Below are positions 16,250-24,000 of a stretch of DNA of 24,000 nt, one piece after another. The notes beneath the pieces were generated by a model, which saw nothing but the letters and a program-made list of their open reading frames with translations, was not told the origin of the DNA and ran no database searches. Both the position numbers and the translations under genes were made by a program. The first letter of the stretch is position 1, and each line of letters starts with the position of its first letter. Source of the DNA: Kribbella sp. NPDC004875 (lineage in GTDB: Bacteria > Actinomycetota > Actinomycetes > Propionibacteriales > Kribbellaceae); NCBI RefSeq assembly GCF_042873375.1, contig NZ_JBIALI010000001.1, positions 1,453,110 through 1,477,109 of the forward strand, read 5' to 3'.

Positions 16250-16269
16250 CTGTCTCGGATCTCAGACGG
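16250..16269. promoter_or_regulatory. Operator-like imperfect palindrome CTGTCTCGGA-TCTCAGACGG, 56 nt upstream of the HAL-like gene
   Basis: The core GTCTCGGATCTCAGAC (16252-16267) matches GTCTCGGACCCGAGAC upstream of hutH at 13 of 16 positions. The distance to the start codon is identical. Confidence 0.45.
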
Positions 16270-16322
16270 CGAGCCGGGCGCGTCGCTTACCCGCGGGGCG
16301 GGCCCGGTTCCACACTGAGGGG

Positions 16323-17744
16323 ATGGAACCGGTCGAGCTCACGGGTGCCGGGCTGACGCCGCTCGAGGCGGTGGCGCTCGGGCAGCGACGTACGGCGGTC
16401 CGGCTCGGCGACGTCGCGCGGAAGCGGATGGCGGCGTCGGCGGCCCTGGTGGCCGAGGTGGCCGAACGACGGCCGGTGTACGGGCGGACCACGGGGGTCG
16501 GCGCGAACCGCGACGTACTGACGTCCGACCCGGAGCACGGAGCGCGGTTGCTGGCGTCGCACTCGACGACCGGTACGACGTCGTACCCGAAGGACGTGGT
16601 GCGGCTCGGGCTGCTGATCCGGGTCAACCAGCTGGCGGCCGGCGGTTCGGGGCTCCATCCCGCGGTGGCCGACGCGATCGTCGGGCTGCTCAACGACGAC
16701 GACCTGCCGGACCTGCATCGCGGTGGCGCGATCGGGACCGGCGACCTCGGCCCGCTCGCCGAACTCGGGCTCGCGCTCGGCGACGTGATCGACGGGACGA
16801 GCGCCCTCCCGCTGTTGTCCAGCAACGCGTTCACGTTGGCCGAGTGCTGCCTCGCCTACGTCGAGGCCTCGACCCTGATCAACGTCGTACCGCTGGTGGG
16901 TGCCCTGTCGCATGTCGCGCTGCGCGGCAACGCCGAGGTGTACGACGTCCGCGTCCACGAGGCGCGACCGCAGCCCGGGCAGGTGCGGGTCGCGCGCCGG
17001 ATGCGGGAACTCCTCGACGGCCTGCCGTTGCCGGCCGCGCGGATCCAGGACCCGTTCGGGCTGCGCGCGTTCGCCCAGGTGCTCGGCCCGGCCGTCGACC
17101 ATTCCGATGCCTTAGGCAACAGTGTGCGGATCGACATCAACGCGGCCGCGGAGAACCCGCTGGTGGCCGGCGACACCGTGCTGCACAACGGCAACTGGCA
17201 TGCGATGCCGATCGCCCTGGCGCTCGACTCGCTCCGGCTCAGCCTGCACAGCGTCGCGACCCTTTCGACCACCCGAGTGGCGAACCTGGTCGACCCGGAC
17301 TACACCGGCCTCAGCCGGTTCCTCGCCAGCGGCGCGGAGGCGAGCTCGGGCGTGATGATGATCGAGTACGTCGCCCACGACGCGCTCGCCGCGGTCCGGT
17401 CGTCCGCACAACCCGCGACCCTCGGTACGGCGACCCTGTCCCGCGGGGCGGAACTGCACGCGAGCTTCGCCCCGCAGGCCGCCGCGCTGACCAAGCAACT
17501 CCTGGACGCGCTCCGCGAGGTCATCGCCAGCGAGTTCGTCACCGCGGTCCGGGCGATCCGCCTGGCCGGGCTGACGCCTGCCAATCTCGCCCCCGCCGCG
17601 ATCGGGCCATGGCTCGCCGACGCCCTCGCGGCGCTACCGGGCGACCTGACGGACCGCTCGCTCCGCGAGGACCTGGAGATCGCCCGCGGGGTCCTCACCC
17701 AATGGGGCGACCGCCAGGTCGAACACCCGGCAGAATCCGGCTAG
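16323..17744 (+). CDS. HAL/PAL-fold (aromatic amino acid lyase family) paralog with a non-canonical MIO loop
   Basis: 473 aa from ATG 16323. The N-terminus MEPVELTGAGLTP aligns with Hut[32 protein letters not shown] and NPLV..G.....GN(W/F)H are shared with HAL. The loop is GAIG-T139-G140-DLGPL instead of GxxG-(A/C)-S-G-DLAPL. Confidence 0.85.
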   Translation: MEPVELTGAGLTPLEAVALGQRRTAVRLGDVARKRMAASAALVAEVAERRPVYGRTTGVGANRDVLTSDPEHGARLLASHSTTGTTSYPKDVVRLGLLIRVNQLAAGGSGLHPAVADAIVGLLNDDDLPDLHRGGAIGTGDLGPLAELGLALGDVIDGTSALPLLSSNAFTLAECCLAYVEASTLINVVPLVGALSHVALRGNAEVYDVRVHEARPQPGQVRVARRMRELLDGLPLPAARIQDPFGLRAFAQVLGPAVDHSDALGNSVRIDINAAAENPLVAGDTVLHNGNWHAMPIALALDSLRLSLHSVATLSTTRVANLVDPDYTGLSRFLASGAEASSGVMMIEYVAHDALAAVRSSAQPATLGTATLSRGAELHASFAPQAAALTKQLLDALREVIASEFVTAVRAIRLAGLTPANLAPAAIGPWLADALAALPGDLTDRSLREDLEIARGVLTQWGDRQVEHPAESG

Positions 17745-17746
17745 AG

Positions 17747-18505
17747 CTACCCGTGGAGCCGCCGGGTCAGCGCGCTTGCTGCTTGGCGGATCTTGTGGGC
17801 CAGGTGCGGGCGGTCGGCGGGTGGTACGGCGTCTGTGCGGAAGGTGACGCTGATGGCGGCGACCGGGTGGCCTGCGTGATCGACGGCGGCGCTCGCGACG
17901 GACGCGACGCCGGGAGAGATGAACGAGTCCTCGACGGCGAAGCCCTGGCGTTTCTCGTCCGCCAGCAGACGGCGGAGCTGGGTGAGCGTCTGTGGTCCGA
18001 GGTCGGTACGGCGTACGAACGACTCCGGTGACGGGAAGAGCGCGCGGACCTGAGCCGGCGGGAGCTCGGCCAGCAGGGCGCGGCCGGAGGCGGTGAGCGT
18101 CGCGGGCAGGCGTACGCCGACGTCGGTCACCAGCGTCACCGGCCGCGGCGGCTGCTCCTTGAGCAGGTACACCAGTTCTCGCCCGTGCAGTACGCCGAGA
18201 TGCGCGGTCTGCCCCACCTCGTGCACCAATTGCACCAGCAACGGCCGCGCCAACCGCTCCAACGGGTCGTGCCGCAGATAGGCCGACCCGATCTCGAAGG
18301 CGGCGACCCCGAGCCCGTACCGCTTCTCCTCGGGCAGGTGCACGACGAACCCCTCGTCGATCATTGCCCGCAGCAAGTGGTACGTCGAGGAGCGTGGCAG
18401 CCCGACCGCGGAGGCGATGCGCTCCATCGGCACGGGCCCGGGCTGGGTGGCCAGGAACGTCAGCACCCGCAGCGTGCGGGTCGAGGCGGGAACGTTGCCG
18501 CTCAC
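17747..18505 (-). CDS. IclR-family transcriptional regulator (possible HutR-like hut regulator)
   Basis: 252 aa. The N-terminal wHTH is TRTLRVLTFLA....PMERIASAVGLPRSSTYHLLRAM. The C-terminal IclR effector domain includes G.AVEDSFISPGVASVA. Confidence 0.9.
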   Translation of the reverse strand: MSGNVPASTRTLRVLTFLATQPGPVPMERIASAVGLPRSSTYHLLRAMIDEGFVVHLPEEKRYGLGVAAFEIGSAYLRHDPLERLARPLLVQLVHEVGQTAHLGVLHGRELVYLLKEQPPRPVTLVTDVGVRLPATLTASGRALLAELPPAQVRALFPSPESFVRRTDLGPQTLTQLRRLLADEKRQGFAVEDSFISPGVASVASAAVDHAGHPVAAISVTFRTDAVPPADRPHLAHKIRQAASALTRRLHG

Positions 18506-18520
18506 AACGGCAGCGTAACC

Positions 18521-18712
18521 TCAGATGCCGGACGATTCGCGCTTCTTCGCGCGACTCCGCTGCAACCAGAACCGGAAACCCTCGCCGAGGACCGCGATCA
18601 CGAACAGGCCACCGGCCACGCCCCAGTCCATGGCTTCCTGCCCGGAGACCAGGAACCCGACGACCAATGACACGACCAGGAAGAACAGCAGCGTGACGGC
18701 GAGTCGCTTCAC
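18521..18712 (-). CDS. Small two-TM membrane protein (63 aa) between the GNAT and IclR genes
   Basis: GTG at 18712 overlaps the GNAT stop as GTGA. The product is VKRLAVTLLFFLVVSLVVGFLVSGQEAMDWGVAGGLFVIAVLGEGFRFWLQRSRAKKRESSGI. About 89% of codons end in G/C. It is the C-terminal in-frame part of track ORF 18521..19039. Confidence 0.5.
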   Translation of the reverse strand: MKRLAVTLLFFLVVSLVVGFLVSGQEAMDWGVAGGLFVIAVLGEGFRFWLQRSRAKKRESSGI

Positions 18713-19605
18713 AGCTCCTTCTCCGCGGTCCACGCGCCGGTCGTCTGCCGGTAGCCGAGCCACCGGTTCACCGCGAGCATCGGCTCGTTCGCCGCGTCGT
18801 TCCCGGTGGAGGCGACCGTCATCCCGGCGTCTCGTGCCCGGGCGAGCGCCGCGGACTTCGCCACCTTCGCCAGACCGCGCCCACGGGCCGACGGGATCGT
18901 CCCGGTCAGGTTCGACCAGATCATCTTCCGGTCCGGATCCGCGGTCGTGGTGACGAACGACAGCACCTGGTCCCCGTCGAGTACGGCGACGCTCAGGTCG
19001 CGCCGCCCGTCCGGGTTCTCCCACGAGGTGCGGACCCATTCGTCGTACCCCGGTCCTCCCGACAGCCCGCTCGGGTCGTCGTCACGGACCTGGACCTCGG
19101 CGTCGTACACCTGCCGTGGCCGCACCTCGTCGTAGCTGACCACCCGGAGCCCGGCCGGCGGCTCGAGTGGCTCCCGCACCGCGCTCAGGTCGGCGGCGGA
19201 ATGCGTCATCCGCCGCCCGAGCGTGAATCCGCGCCTGGTGGCGAAGTCCTTCGACTCCTCGTCCTCGCCCACGACCGTCAGCAACCGCTCGGCCCGAACG
19301 CCGAGCGCCCGCGACGTGATCGCGGTCGTCAGCGCGCTGCCGATGCCGCGCCGGCGGAACTCCGGCGGCACCTGGATCGTGACCCGCACCCGGGGCGCCT
19401 GCGCGTCGATCGCCGGCAGGTAGAGATTGGAATACCCGACCACGTCCGGCCCGTCGACGGCGATCAGGATCTCCCGGCTCCGGTTGTGCCGCAGTTCGAT
19501 CTCGATCGCGCGCGCCGTCTTCACCAGTTGCGGCATCGCCGCGGCCCAGACCCGGGCGATCCCCACCGCGTCCTCCGGCCCCGCCGTCCGGATCTCGAAC
19601 ACCAT
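18709..19605 (-). CDS. Tandem-domain GNAT N-acetyltransferase
   Basis: 298 aa. There are two acetyl-CoA-binding-like motifs, one per half: RRRGIGSALT and RGRGLAKVAK. Confidence 0.8.
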   Translation of the reverse strand: MVFEIRTAGPEDAVGIARVWAAAMPQLVKTARAIEIELRHNRSREILIAVDGPDVVGYSNLYLPAIDAQAPRVRVTIQVPPEFRRRGIGSALTTAITSRALGVRAERLLTVVGEDEESKDFATRRGFTLGRRMTHSAADLSAVREPLEPPAGLRVVSYDEVRPRQVYDAEVQVRDDDPSGLSGGPGYDEWVRTSWENPDGRRDLSVAVLDGDQVLSFVTTTADPDRKMIWSNLTGTIPSARGRGLAKVAKSAALARARDAGMTVASTGNDAANEPMLAVNRWLGYRQTTGAWTAEKEL

Positions 19606-19639
19606 GGCAGCACCCTACGGCTACCGAGGGTCGCCACCC

Positions 19640-19659
19640 CTGTCTCGGACCCGAGACAG
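19640..19659. promoter_or_regulatory. Perfect 9-2-9 palindrome CTGTCTCGG-AC-CCGAGACAG in the divergent GNAT-IclR / hutHU intergenic region
   Basis: Read directly. It lies 35 nt from the GNAT ATG and 54 nt from the hutH GTG. It shares the 10-mer CTGTCTCGGA with 16250-16259. Confidence 0.55.
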
Positions 19660-19712
19660 AAAGTGGTCCGCCGGTCCTGCCACGGAGCAACCCGGCGCGG
19701 TGCAATGTTCGG

Positions 19713-21254
19713 GTGGAACACACGGTGATTGTCGGCGTCGGACCGCTGACCCCGGCCGACGTGGTCGCGGTCGCGCGGTACGGCGCGCAGGTACGGATCG
19801 ACGACCAGGCCCTCGAGGAGATCGCGAAGTCACGCGCGGCGATCGAGGCGCTGGCCCATGCGGACACCCCGCACTACGGCGTCTCGACCGGGTTCGGCGC
19901 GCTGGCCACCCGGCACATCGCGCCGGAACTGCGGGCCCAGCTGCAACGCAGCCTGATCCGCTCGCACGCGGCCGGCTCTGGCCCCGAGGTGGAGACCGAG
20001 GTCGTCCGGGCCCTCGCCCTGCTGCGGCTGTCCACTCTCGCCACCGGTCGTACCGGGGTGAAGGTCGACACCGCGCAGGCGTACGCCGGCCTGCTCAACG
20101 CGCACCTCACTCCGGTGGTGCACGAGTACGGCAGTCTCGGATGCTCCGGTGACCTCGCCCCGCTGTCCCATGTCGCGCTGGCGATCCTGGGCGAAGGCTG
20201 GGTTCGCGATGCCGACGGCACGCTGCGGGATGCCGGCGAAGCTCTCCAGGCGCACGGTCTGCGGCCGGTCGTGCTGGCCGAGAAGGAGGGCCTGGCGCTG
20301 ATCAACGGGACCGACGGCATGCTCGGCATGCTGGTCCTCGCGCTGGCCGACCTCGACCGGCTCTTCAAGACCGCCGACCTGGCCGCCGCGATGAGCGTCG
20401 AGGCCCAGCTCGGCACCGACCGGGTGTTCGCCGAGGACCTGCAGGCCCTGCGCCCGCATCCCGGCCAGGCCGCGGCCGCGGCCAACCTGCGCGCGATCCT
20501 GAAGGACAGCGCGATCGTCGCCAGCCACCGGGGCCCGGACTGCAACCGGGTGCAGGACGCCTACTCGCTGAGGTGTTCGCCGCAGGTGCACGGCGCCGCC
20601 CGCGACACGGCCGCGCATGCGGCGACGGTCGCCGGTCGCGAGTTGGCGGCGGCGATCGACAACCCCGTCGTACTGCCGGACGGCCGGGTGGAGTCCAACG
20701 GGAACTTCCACGGCGCGCCGGTCGGGTACGTGCTCGACTTCCTGGCGATCGCCGTCGCGGACCTCGCGTCGATCAGCGAGCGGCGTACCGACCGTTTCCT
20801 GGACGTCGCCCGGAACCATGGCCTGAACGCGTTCCTCGCCGACGATCCCGGCGTGGACAGCGGGCACATGATCGCGCAGTACACCCAGGCCGCGATCGTC
20901 TCCGAGCTGAAGCGGCTCGCCGTCCCCGCCAGCGTCGACTCGATCCCGAGCAGCGCGATGCAGGAGGACCACGTCTCGATGGGCTGGTCCGCCGCCCGCA
21001 AGCTGCGCAAGGCCGTCGACGGCCTGCAGCGGGTACTCGCGGTCGAGATCCTCACCGCCGCGCGGGCCCTGGACCTGCGCGCACCACTGGCCCCGGCCCC
21101 GGCGACCGCAGCCGTCCGCGATGCCCTCCGGGTGTACGTCGAGGGTCCGGGCACCGACCGGCACCTCGCCCCGGAACTCGAACACTCCGTCCGCCTTGTT
21201 GCCGACGGCACCTACCTGACCGCAGCCGAGGCCGTCACCGGCCCGCTCGCCTAG
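19713..21254 (+). CDS. hutH: Histidine ammonia-lyase
   Basis: 513 aa. Motifs are [13 protein letters not shown]144S145G146DLAPLSH (MIO loop), [19 protein letters not shown] and [12 protein letters not shown]. hutU lies immediately downstream. Confidence 0.95.
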   Translation: MEHTVIVGVGPLTPADVVAVARYGAQVRIDDQALEEIAKSRAAIEALAHADTPHYGVSTGFGALATRHIAPELRAQLQRSLIRSHAAGSGPEVETEVVRALALLRLSTLATGRTGVKVDTAQAYAGLLNAHLTPVVHEYGSLGCSGDLAPLSHVALAILGEGWVRDADGTLRDAGEALQAHGLRPVVLAEKEGLALINGTDGMLGMLVLALADLDRLFKTADLAAAMSVEAQLGTDRVFAEDLQALRPHPGQAAAAANLRAILKDSAIVASHRGPDCNRVQDAYSLRCSPQVHGAARDTAAHAATVAGRELAAAIDNPVVLPDGRVESNGNFHGAPVGYVLDFLAIAVADLASISERRTDRFLDVARNHGLNAFLADDPGVDSGHMIAQYTQAAIVSELKRLAVPASVDSIPSSAMQEDHVSMGWSAARKLRKAVDGLQRVLAVEILTAARALDLRAPLAPAPATAAVRDALRVYVEGPGTDRHLAPELEHSVRLVADGTYLTAAEAVTGPLA

Positions 21255-21270
21255 AAAGGCTGGACCACCC

Positions 21271-22926
21271 ATGTCCGGACCACGTCCTGTCCGCGCACCC
21301 CGCGGTACCACTCTGACCGCCCGTGGCTGGCAGCAGGAAGCCGCGCTGCGGATGCTGCAGAACAACCTCGACCCCGAGGTCGCCGAGCACCCCGACGAAC
21401 TCGTCGTGTACGGCGGTTCCGGCAAGGCCGCCCGGGACTGGAACTCGTTCGACGCGATGGTCCGCACCCTGACCACGCTGAAGGACGACGAGACGATGCT
21501 CGTCCAGTCCGGCCGTCCGGTCGGCGTCATGCAGACCCACGAGTGGGCGCCGCGGGTGCTGATCGCGAACTCGAACCTGGTCGGCGACTGGGCCACCTGG
21601 GAGGAGTTCCGCAAGCTCGAGGCGATGGGCCTGACGATGTACGGGCAGATGACGGCCGGCTCGTGGATCTACATCGGCACCCAGGGCATCCTGCAGGGCA
21701 CGTACGAGACGTTCGGCGCGGTCGCGGAGAAGAAGTTCGGCGGCTCGCTCGCCGGCACGATCACGCTGACCGCCGGCCTCGGCGGCATGGGTGGTGCGCA
21801 GCCGCTGGCGGTCACGATGAACGACGGCGTGGCGATCTGTATCGACGTCGACGAGTCGCGGATCCAGCGCCGGATCGAGCACCGCTACCTCGACGTCCGG
21901 GCATCCTCGCTCGACGAGGCGCTGCGGTTGGCCGAGGAGGCGAAGAAGGCCCGCAAGCCGCTGTCGATCGGTGTCCTCGGCAACGCCGCGGTGATCGTGC
22001 CGGAGTTGCTGGAACTGGGCGCGCCGATCGACATCGTCACCGACCAGACGTCGGCCCACGACCCGCTGATGTACCTGCCGGTGGGCATCGAGTTCGACGA
22101 CTGGGCGACGGCACGGGAGAAGGACCCGGCCGGTTTCACCGAGCGCGCGCAGGCCTCGATGGCGCGGCACGTGGCCGCGATGGTCGGGTTCCAGGACGCC
22201 GGCGCCGAGGTGTTCGACTACGGCAACTCGATCCGCGACGAGGCGCGCAAGGCGGGGTACGCCCGCGCGTTCGAGTTCCCCGGGTTCGTCCCGGCGTACA
22301 TCCGGCCGCTGTTCTGTGAGGGGAAGGGGCCGTTCCGGTGGGCGGCGCTGTCCGGCAACCCGGCGGACATCGCGAAGACCGACCGGGCGATCCTCGACCT
22401 GTTCGGAGACAACGAGCACCTCGCGCGCTGGATCACGATGGCCGGCGAGCGGGTCGCGTTCCAGGGTCTGCCGGCGCGGATCTGCTGGCTGGGTCAGGGC
22501 GAGCGGGACAAGGCCGGCCTGCGGTTCAACGACATGGTCGCCTCCGGTGAACTCGAGGCGCCGATCGTCATCGGTCGCGACCACCTGGACACCGGCAGCG
22601 TCGCCTCGCCGTACCGGGAGACCGAGGGCATGCTCGACGGCTCGGACGCGATCGCGGACTGGCCGCTGCTGAACGCGATGGTGAACGTGGCGAGCGGCGC
22701 GTCGTGGGTGTCGATCCACCACGGCGGCGGCGTCGGCATCGGCCGGTCCATCCACGCCGGTCAGGTGTCGGTTGCCGACGGCACCGACCTGGCCCGGCAG
22801 AAGCTGGAACGGGTACTCACGAACGACCCGGCGATGGGTGTGATCCGTCACGTCGACGCCGGCTACGACAAGGCCGTCGAGGTCGCCGCCGAGCGGGGCG
22901 TCCGGGTCCCGATGCGGGAGTCCTGA
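21271..22926 (+). CDS. hutU: Urocanate hydratase
   Basis: 551 aa. Motifs are [59 protein letters not shown] and SIHHGGGVG. Confidence 0.97.
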   Translation: MSGPRPVRAPRGTTLTARGWQQEAALRMLQNNLDPEVAEHPDELVVYGGSGKAARDWNSFDAMVRTLTTLKDDETMLVQSGRPVGVMQTHEWAPRVLIANSNLVGDWATWEEFRKLEAMGLTMYGQMTAGSWIYIGTQGILQGTYETFGAVAEKKFGGSLAGTITLTAGLGGMGGAQPLAVTMNDGVAICIDVDESRIQRRIEHRYLDVRASSLDEALRLAEEAKKARKPLSIGVLGNAAVIVPELLELGAPIDIVTDQTSAHDPLMYLPVGIEFDDWATAREKDPAGFTERAQASMARHVAAMVGFQDAGAEVFDYGNSIRDEARKAGYARAFEFPGFVPAYIRPLFCEGKGPFRWAALSGNPADIAKTDRAILDLFGDNEHLARWITMAGERVAFQGLPARICWLGQGERDKAGLRFNDMVASGELEAPIVIGRDHLDTGSVASPYRETEGMLDGSDAIADWPLLNAMVNVASGASWVSIHHGGGVGIGRSIHAGQVSVADGTDLARQKLERVLTNDPAMGVIRHVDAGYDKAVEVAAERGVRVPMRES

Positions 22927-22973
22927 CCACCGTCAGTATCTCTACCGTTACAGTGCACTTTTCCACGGGGTGA

Positions 22974-22997
22974 GAAACCGTGCGATCGCGTGGTTTC
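22974..22997. promoter_or_regulatory. 24-nt near-perfect palindrome/hairpin GAAACCGTGCGATCGCGTGGTTTC between hutU and the ABC ATPase gene
   Basis: As RNA it forms a 10-bp stem (two G-U pairs) with a GAUC loop. There is no U-tract. It lies 58-81 nt upstream of ATG 23055 in a comparatively AT-rich spacer. Confidence 0.35.
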
Positions 22998-23054
22998 GGT
23001 CTTACGGTCCGCTAGGGTCTTTCGGGCGACCGACGACGAGCGCGAAGGGGCGCC

Positions 23055-24000
23055 ATGATCGAGTTCGAGGACGTCACCAAGCAGTATCCGGACGGCACCG
23101 TCGCCGTCGACACCCTGTCCCTGCGGATCCCGAGCAACCAGATCACCGTGTTCGTCGGTCCGTCCGGCTGTGGCAAGACCACGTCGTTGCGGATGATCAA
23201 CCGGACCATCGAGCGGACCAGTGGGACGATCTCGATCGACGGCGAGGACATCAACGCCAAGGACCCCGTCACGTTGCGCCGCGGCATCGGTTACGTGATC
23301 CAGAACGCCGGCCTGTTCCCGCACAAGACCGTGGTGGACAACATCGCTACCGTGCCGAAGCTGCTCGGCTGGGACAAGCGCAAGGCGCACAGTACGGCGA
23401 TGGAGCTGCTGGAACGCGTCGGCCTGGACCTCAAGATGGCCGAGCGGTACCCGGCCCAGCTGTCCGGTGGCCAGCAGCAACGAGTCGGTGTCGCCCGCGC
23501 GCTGGCGGCCGATCCGGCGATCATGTTGATGGACGAGCCGTTCAGCGCGGTCGACCCGATCGTCCGCCACCAGCTCCAGGAGGAGCTGCTGCGGCTGCAG
23601 CGCGACATCGGCAAGACCATCGTGTTCGTCACCCACGACATCGACGAGGCGATCAAGCTCGGCGACAACGTCGCGGTCCTCCAGGTCGGCGGCAAGCTGG
23701 CCCAGTTCGCGCCGCCGGCCGAGCTGCTCGCGCATCCGGTCGACGACTTCGTCCGCGGGTTCGTCGGACAGGACCGCGGGTACCGCGCGCTGACGTTCGT
23801 GCATCCCGACGACCTGCCGATGAAGCCGGTGCCCGAGGAGCTCGAGCTGAAGGACGGCGTACCCGTCGGCTGGCGCAACGGATCGCAGGAGCTGCTGCCG
23901 CTCGGCGCGGTCTACAAGCGCGGCGACTCGTTGCGCGCGGCACTGGACGCGGTCCTCACCTCACCCACCGGCCGTGGGGTCTGCGTCGGCGACGACGGCA
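23055..24000 (+). CDS. Glycine betaine/proline-type (OpuCA/ProV-like) ABC transporter ATP-binding protein, 3' end outside the window; not in the ORF track
   Basis: Manual translation gives MIEFEDVTKQYPDGTVAVDTLSLRIPSNQITVFVGPSGCGKTT (Walker A), LSGGQQQRVGVARAL (signature), IMLMDEPFSAVD (Walker B) and VTHDIDEA. The following region is compatible with the CBS-domain tail of osmoprotectant importers. No stop occurs before 24000. Confidence 0.85.
   Translation, partial: MIEFEDVTKQYPDGTVAVDTLSLRIPSNQITVFVGPSGCGKTTSLRMINRTIERTSGTISIDGEDINAKDPVTLRRGIGYVIQNAGLFPHKTVVDNIATVPKLLGWDKRKAHSTAMELLERVGLDLKMAERYPAQLSGGQQQRVGVARALAADPAIMLMDEPFSAVDPIVRHQLQEELLRLQRDIGKTIVFVTHDIDEAIKLGDNVAVLQVGGKLAQFAPPAELLAHPVDDFVRGFVGQDRGYRALTFVHPDDLPMKPVPEELELKDGVPVGWRNGSQELLPLGAVYKRGDSLRAALDAVLTSPTGRGVCVGDDG

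Noticed and set aside
16227-16322. Track start (GTG 16227) for the HAL-like gene
   Set aside because: The extension would cover the operator-like motif and encodes a Cys/Arg-rich peptide. ATG 16323 aligns residue for residue with the HutH N-terminus (ME..V...G.G.LTP). The very short Shine-Dalgarno spacing at 16323 leaves some uncertainty.
20142-20150. hutH MIO triad is Cys-Ser-Gly rather than the textbook Ala-Ser-Gly
   Set aside because: The essential Ser-Gly is intact. My recollection is that [14 protein letters not shown] is the usual form in actinobacterial histidases (e.g. Streptomyces). It is therefore probably lineage-typical rather than novel, though I cannot verify this without a database.
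19830-22851. 594-aa and 538-aa minus-strand ORFs antisense to hutH and hutU
   Set aside because: The plus-strand products are canonical HutH and HutU. The antisense translations are low-complexity and overlap each other.
22924-22954. Possible promoter TGACCA-19 nt-TACAGT for the ABC transporter gene
   Set aside because: The 19-nt spacer is longer than optimal and the -35 overlaps the hutU stop. It is plausible but not supportable from sequence alone.
1-24000. Search for tRNA/rRNA genes, CRISPR arrays, IS elements, integrases, toxin-antitoxin or defence-island signatures
   Set aside because: I found no cloverleaf-like or rRNA-like segments, no regularly spaced repeats and no transposase- or recombinase-like ORFs. 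Apart from the short Zur-box patch and the hutU/ABC spacer, there are no compositional breaks. The window reads as core chromosome.

Overview
This is a high-GC (roughly 70%), densely coding window that looks like an ordinary actinobacterial chromosome. The genus cannot be verified from sequence alone.

Gene content, left to right:
- 5'-truncated amidohydrolase translationally coupled to a cysteine-dioxygenase-like cupin
- secreted TIGR03118-like protein (-)
- PhzF-family isomerase
- very acidic hypothetical protein (-)
- complete kdp locus: an extra small peptide, then kdpF, A, B, C, D and E
- small prenyltransferase/terpene-cyclase-repeat protein
- divergent island of cysteine-free (zinc-independent) ribosomal protein paralogs: L33 and S14 on the minus strand, a COG0523-like protein and L31 type B on the plus strand, around an AT-rich Zur-box-like site
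- polytopic membrane protein
- divergent HAL/PAL-fold paralog
- minus-strand operon of GNAT, a small 2-TM protein and an IclR regulator
- hutH-hutU
- 3'-truncated OpuCA/ProV-like ABC ATPase

Four real genes are missing from the ORF track. Three are shorter than 60 aa: kdpF, the L33 gene and the pre-kdpF peptide. The fourth, the ABC ATPase, runs off the window.

I found no tRNA, rRNA, CRISPR array, transposase, integrase or obvious defence island. I cannot point to a clear novel multi-gene system.

The most interesting observations are:
1. A HAL-fold paralog whose MIO-forming loop lacks the serine. It carries the same operator-like motif, at the same -56 offset, as the canonical hutH.
2. A putatively Zur-linked COG0523 homolog in which all GTPase motifs are eroded.
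3. A kdpD-kdpE junction split by a 109-nt spacer flanked by a 10-bp direct repeat, which duplicates the ATGA coupling junction.
4. Four helically phased heptamer repeats and an extra coupled mini-ORF in front of kdpF.

The many long antisense ORFs are high-GC artefacts.
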